Shown in pieces: positions 63,230-64,000 of a DNA stretch of 64,000 nucleotides. The notes under the pieces are model-generated. The model made no database searches. It was not told the DNA's origin and saw only the letters and a list, made by a program, of their open reading frames with translations. The stretch comes from a virus. The stretch is from the IMG/VR virus record IMGVR_UViG_3300045988_157167, positions 1 to 64,000 of that record; one strand, written 5' to 3'. A program made the translations under genes and the position numbers. The first letter of the stretch is position 1. Each line of letters begins with the position of its first letter.

Positions 63230-64000
63230 TTATATCGCAAAATTACTTTCGTATTGCCAATTATTATTATGATTTATGAATTTCAAGGCATAAATTGAAA
63301 CTTGTTTATATTTTTTGCCTGGTATAGTTATATACTCATCATTTATATTTTTTACATAAGCAGATGATTTGCCAGAAAAACCTGTAATATAACCAATTTG
63401 ACCAAAGATTTCTACTTTATCATTAAGGTAAAAACCATTTGCAAAACTTGTATTTTTCTCATTTCTTTTGCTTTCAGTGTTTTTAGTTTTTCTACCTTTT
63501 CTAGCTGTCGCTTCATGCAGTGAACGTTTTTTCTTTCTAAACTGCTTTATTTTAAAAACTTCATCACAGTTTTGATTTATACATTCAACTTTACTTATTG
63601 CAATAGCATCGTTATAATGAGTTTTCTCAAGTCCAAGTTTTTTTCTTCTTGGTGTTGTTATAGAACCATAAGTTATGTTAGCTTGAGGATATTTTTTAAA
63701 TACTTTTACCCTCATTGAGTTCATAAACGGTGGTTCTTTATAAGTTTTCATCTTTTTCTTTTTTATCATCCATTCATAAAGTATGCCGCCTGGTTTATGA
63801 TTCTCAGATGTGTGACAATCAGTACAAATTGTAGCTAAGTTGTCAGCTCTATCGCTTCCACCTTTACTTTTATAAATTACATGATGTGTATGAAGTACTT
63901 TATCTTTACTTTTTTTACAAACCTGGCAAGTGTAATTATCTCTTGCAAAGACAAAGTATCTCGTATTATAAAAGCCGAAGGCTTCGCCTTGTTGATAATC
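63230..64000 (-). CDS. iscB: second IscB-family nuclease, N-terminus beyond window edge
   Basis: The frame is open from 64000. HNH CQVCKKSKDKVLHTHHVIYKSKGGSDRADNLATICTDCH, RuvC-III THYNDAIAIS, and a TID-like C-terminus (GFYLNDKVEIFGQIGYITGF). Divergent from the first copy. Confidence 0.75.
   Translation of the reverse strand, partial: DYQQGEAFGFYNTRYFVFARDNYTCQVCKKSKDKVLHTHHVIYKSKGGSDRADNLATICTDCHTSENHKPGGILYEWMIKKKKMKTYKEPPFMNSMRVKVFKKYPQANITYGSITTPRRKKLGLEKTHYNDAIAISKVECINQNCDEVFKIKQFRKKKRSLHEATARKGRKTKNTESKRNEKNTSFANGFYLNDKVEIFGQIGYITGFSGKSSAYVKNINDEYITIPGKKYKQVSIYALKFINHNNNWQYESNFAI

Overview
This window is an AT-rich (roughly 30% GC by eye) tailed-phage or prophage genome segment from a low-GC Firmicute, with Clostridium-like gene families. 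Almost every gene is on the minus strand. Read right to left it contains: a divergent lysogeny switch (61.0-61.8 kb); replication genes (DnaD-like initiator, DnaC-like loader, SSB); recombination genes (SbcC-like ATPase, RecT, MBL-fold nuclease); and a long early region. The early region holds nucleotide metabolism (ThyX, dCMP deaminase, two MazG-like), a DNA methylase, two SNF2 helicases and an IbrA/IbrB-like PAPS-reductase + ParB pair. Then come packaging (terS ... terL), portal, head, tail, tape measure, Dit, a multi-domain Tal lysin and collagen-like tail fibres. The unusual feature is the load of RNA-based and selfish elements. (i) The tape measure gene is split by a 681-nt ORF-less group II intron with a textbook domain V. 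(ii) An apparently intact IscB (OMEGA nuclease) with a structured upstream omega-RNA region sits inside the recombination module, and a second, divergent IscB runs off the right edge. (iii) terS and terL are separated by a ~4.2-kb island. It carries a small serine recombinase, a GIY-YIG/AP2 homing endonuclease, an RHH gene with a 4 x 10-bp operator array, a ~0.5-kb GC-rich structured region, and a tRNA-Gln / ~870-nt highly structured noncoding RNA / tRNA-Arg unit in a GOLLD/ROOL-like context. (iv) Three tandem promoter-sRNA-terminator units lie at 62.4-62.9 kb. (v) All four noncoding-RNA loci are preceded by the same 19-nt near-palindromic motif (TTAGGAATATGTTCCGATT on the minus strand) abutting a sigma-A-like -35, which suggests a co-regulated phage noncoding-RNA regulon. 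No integrase is visible in the window. All calls come from reading the sequence and the translations; no database search was possible.
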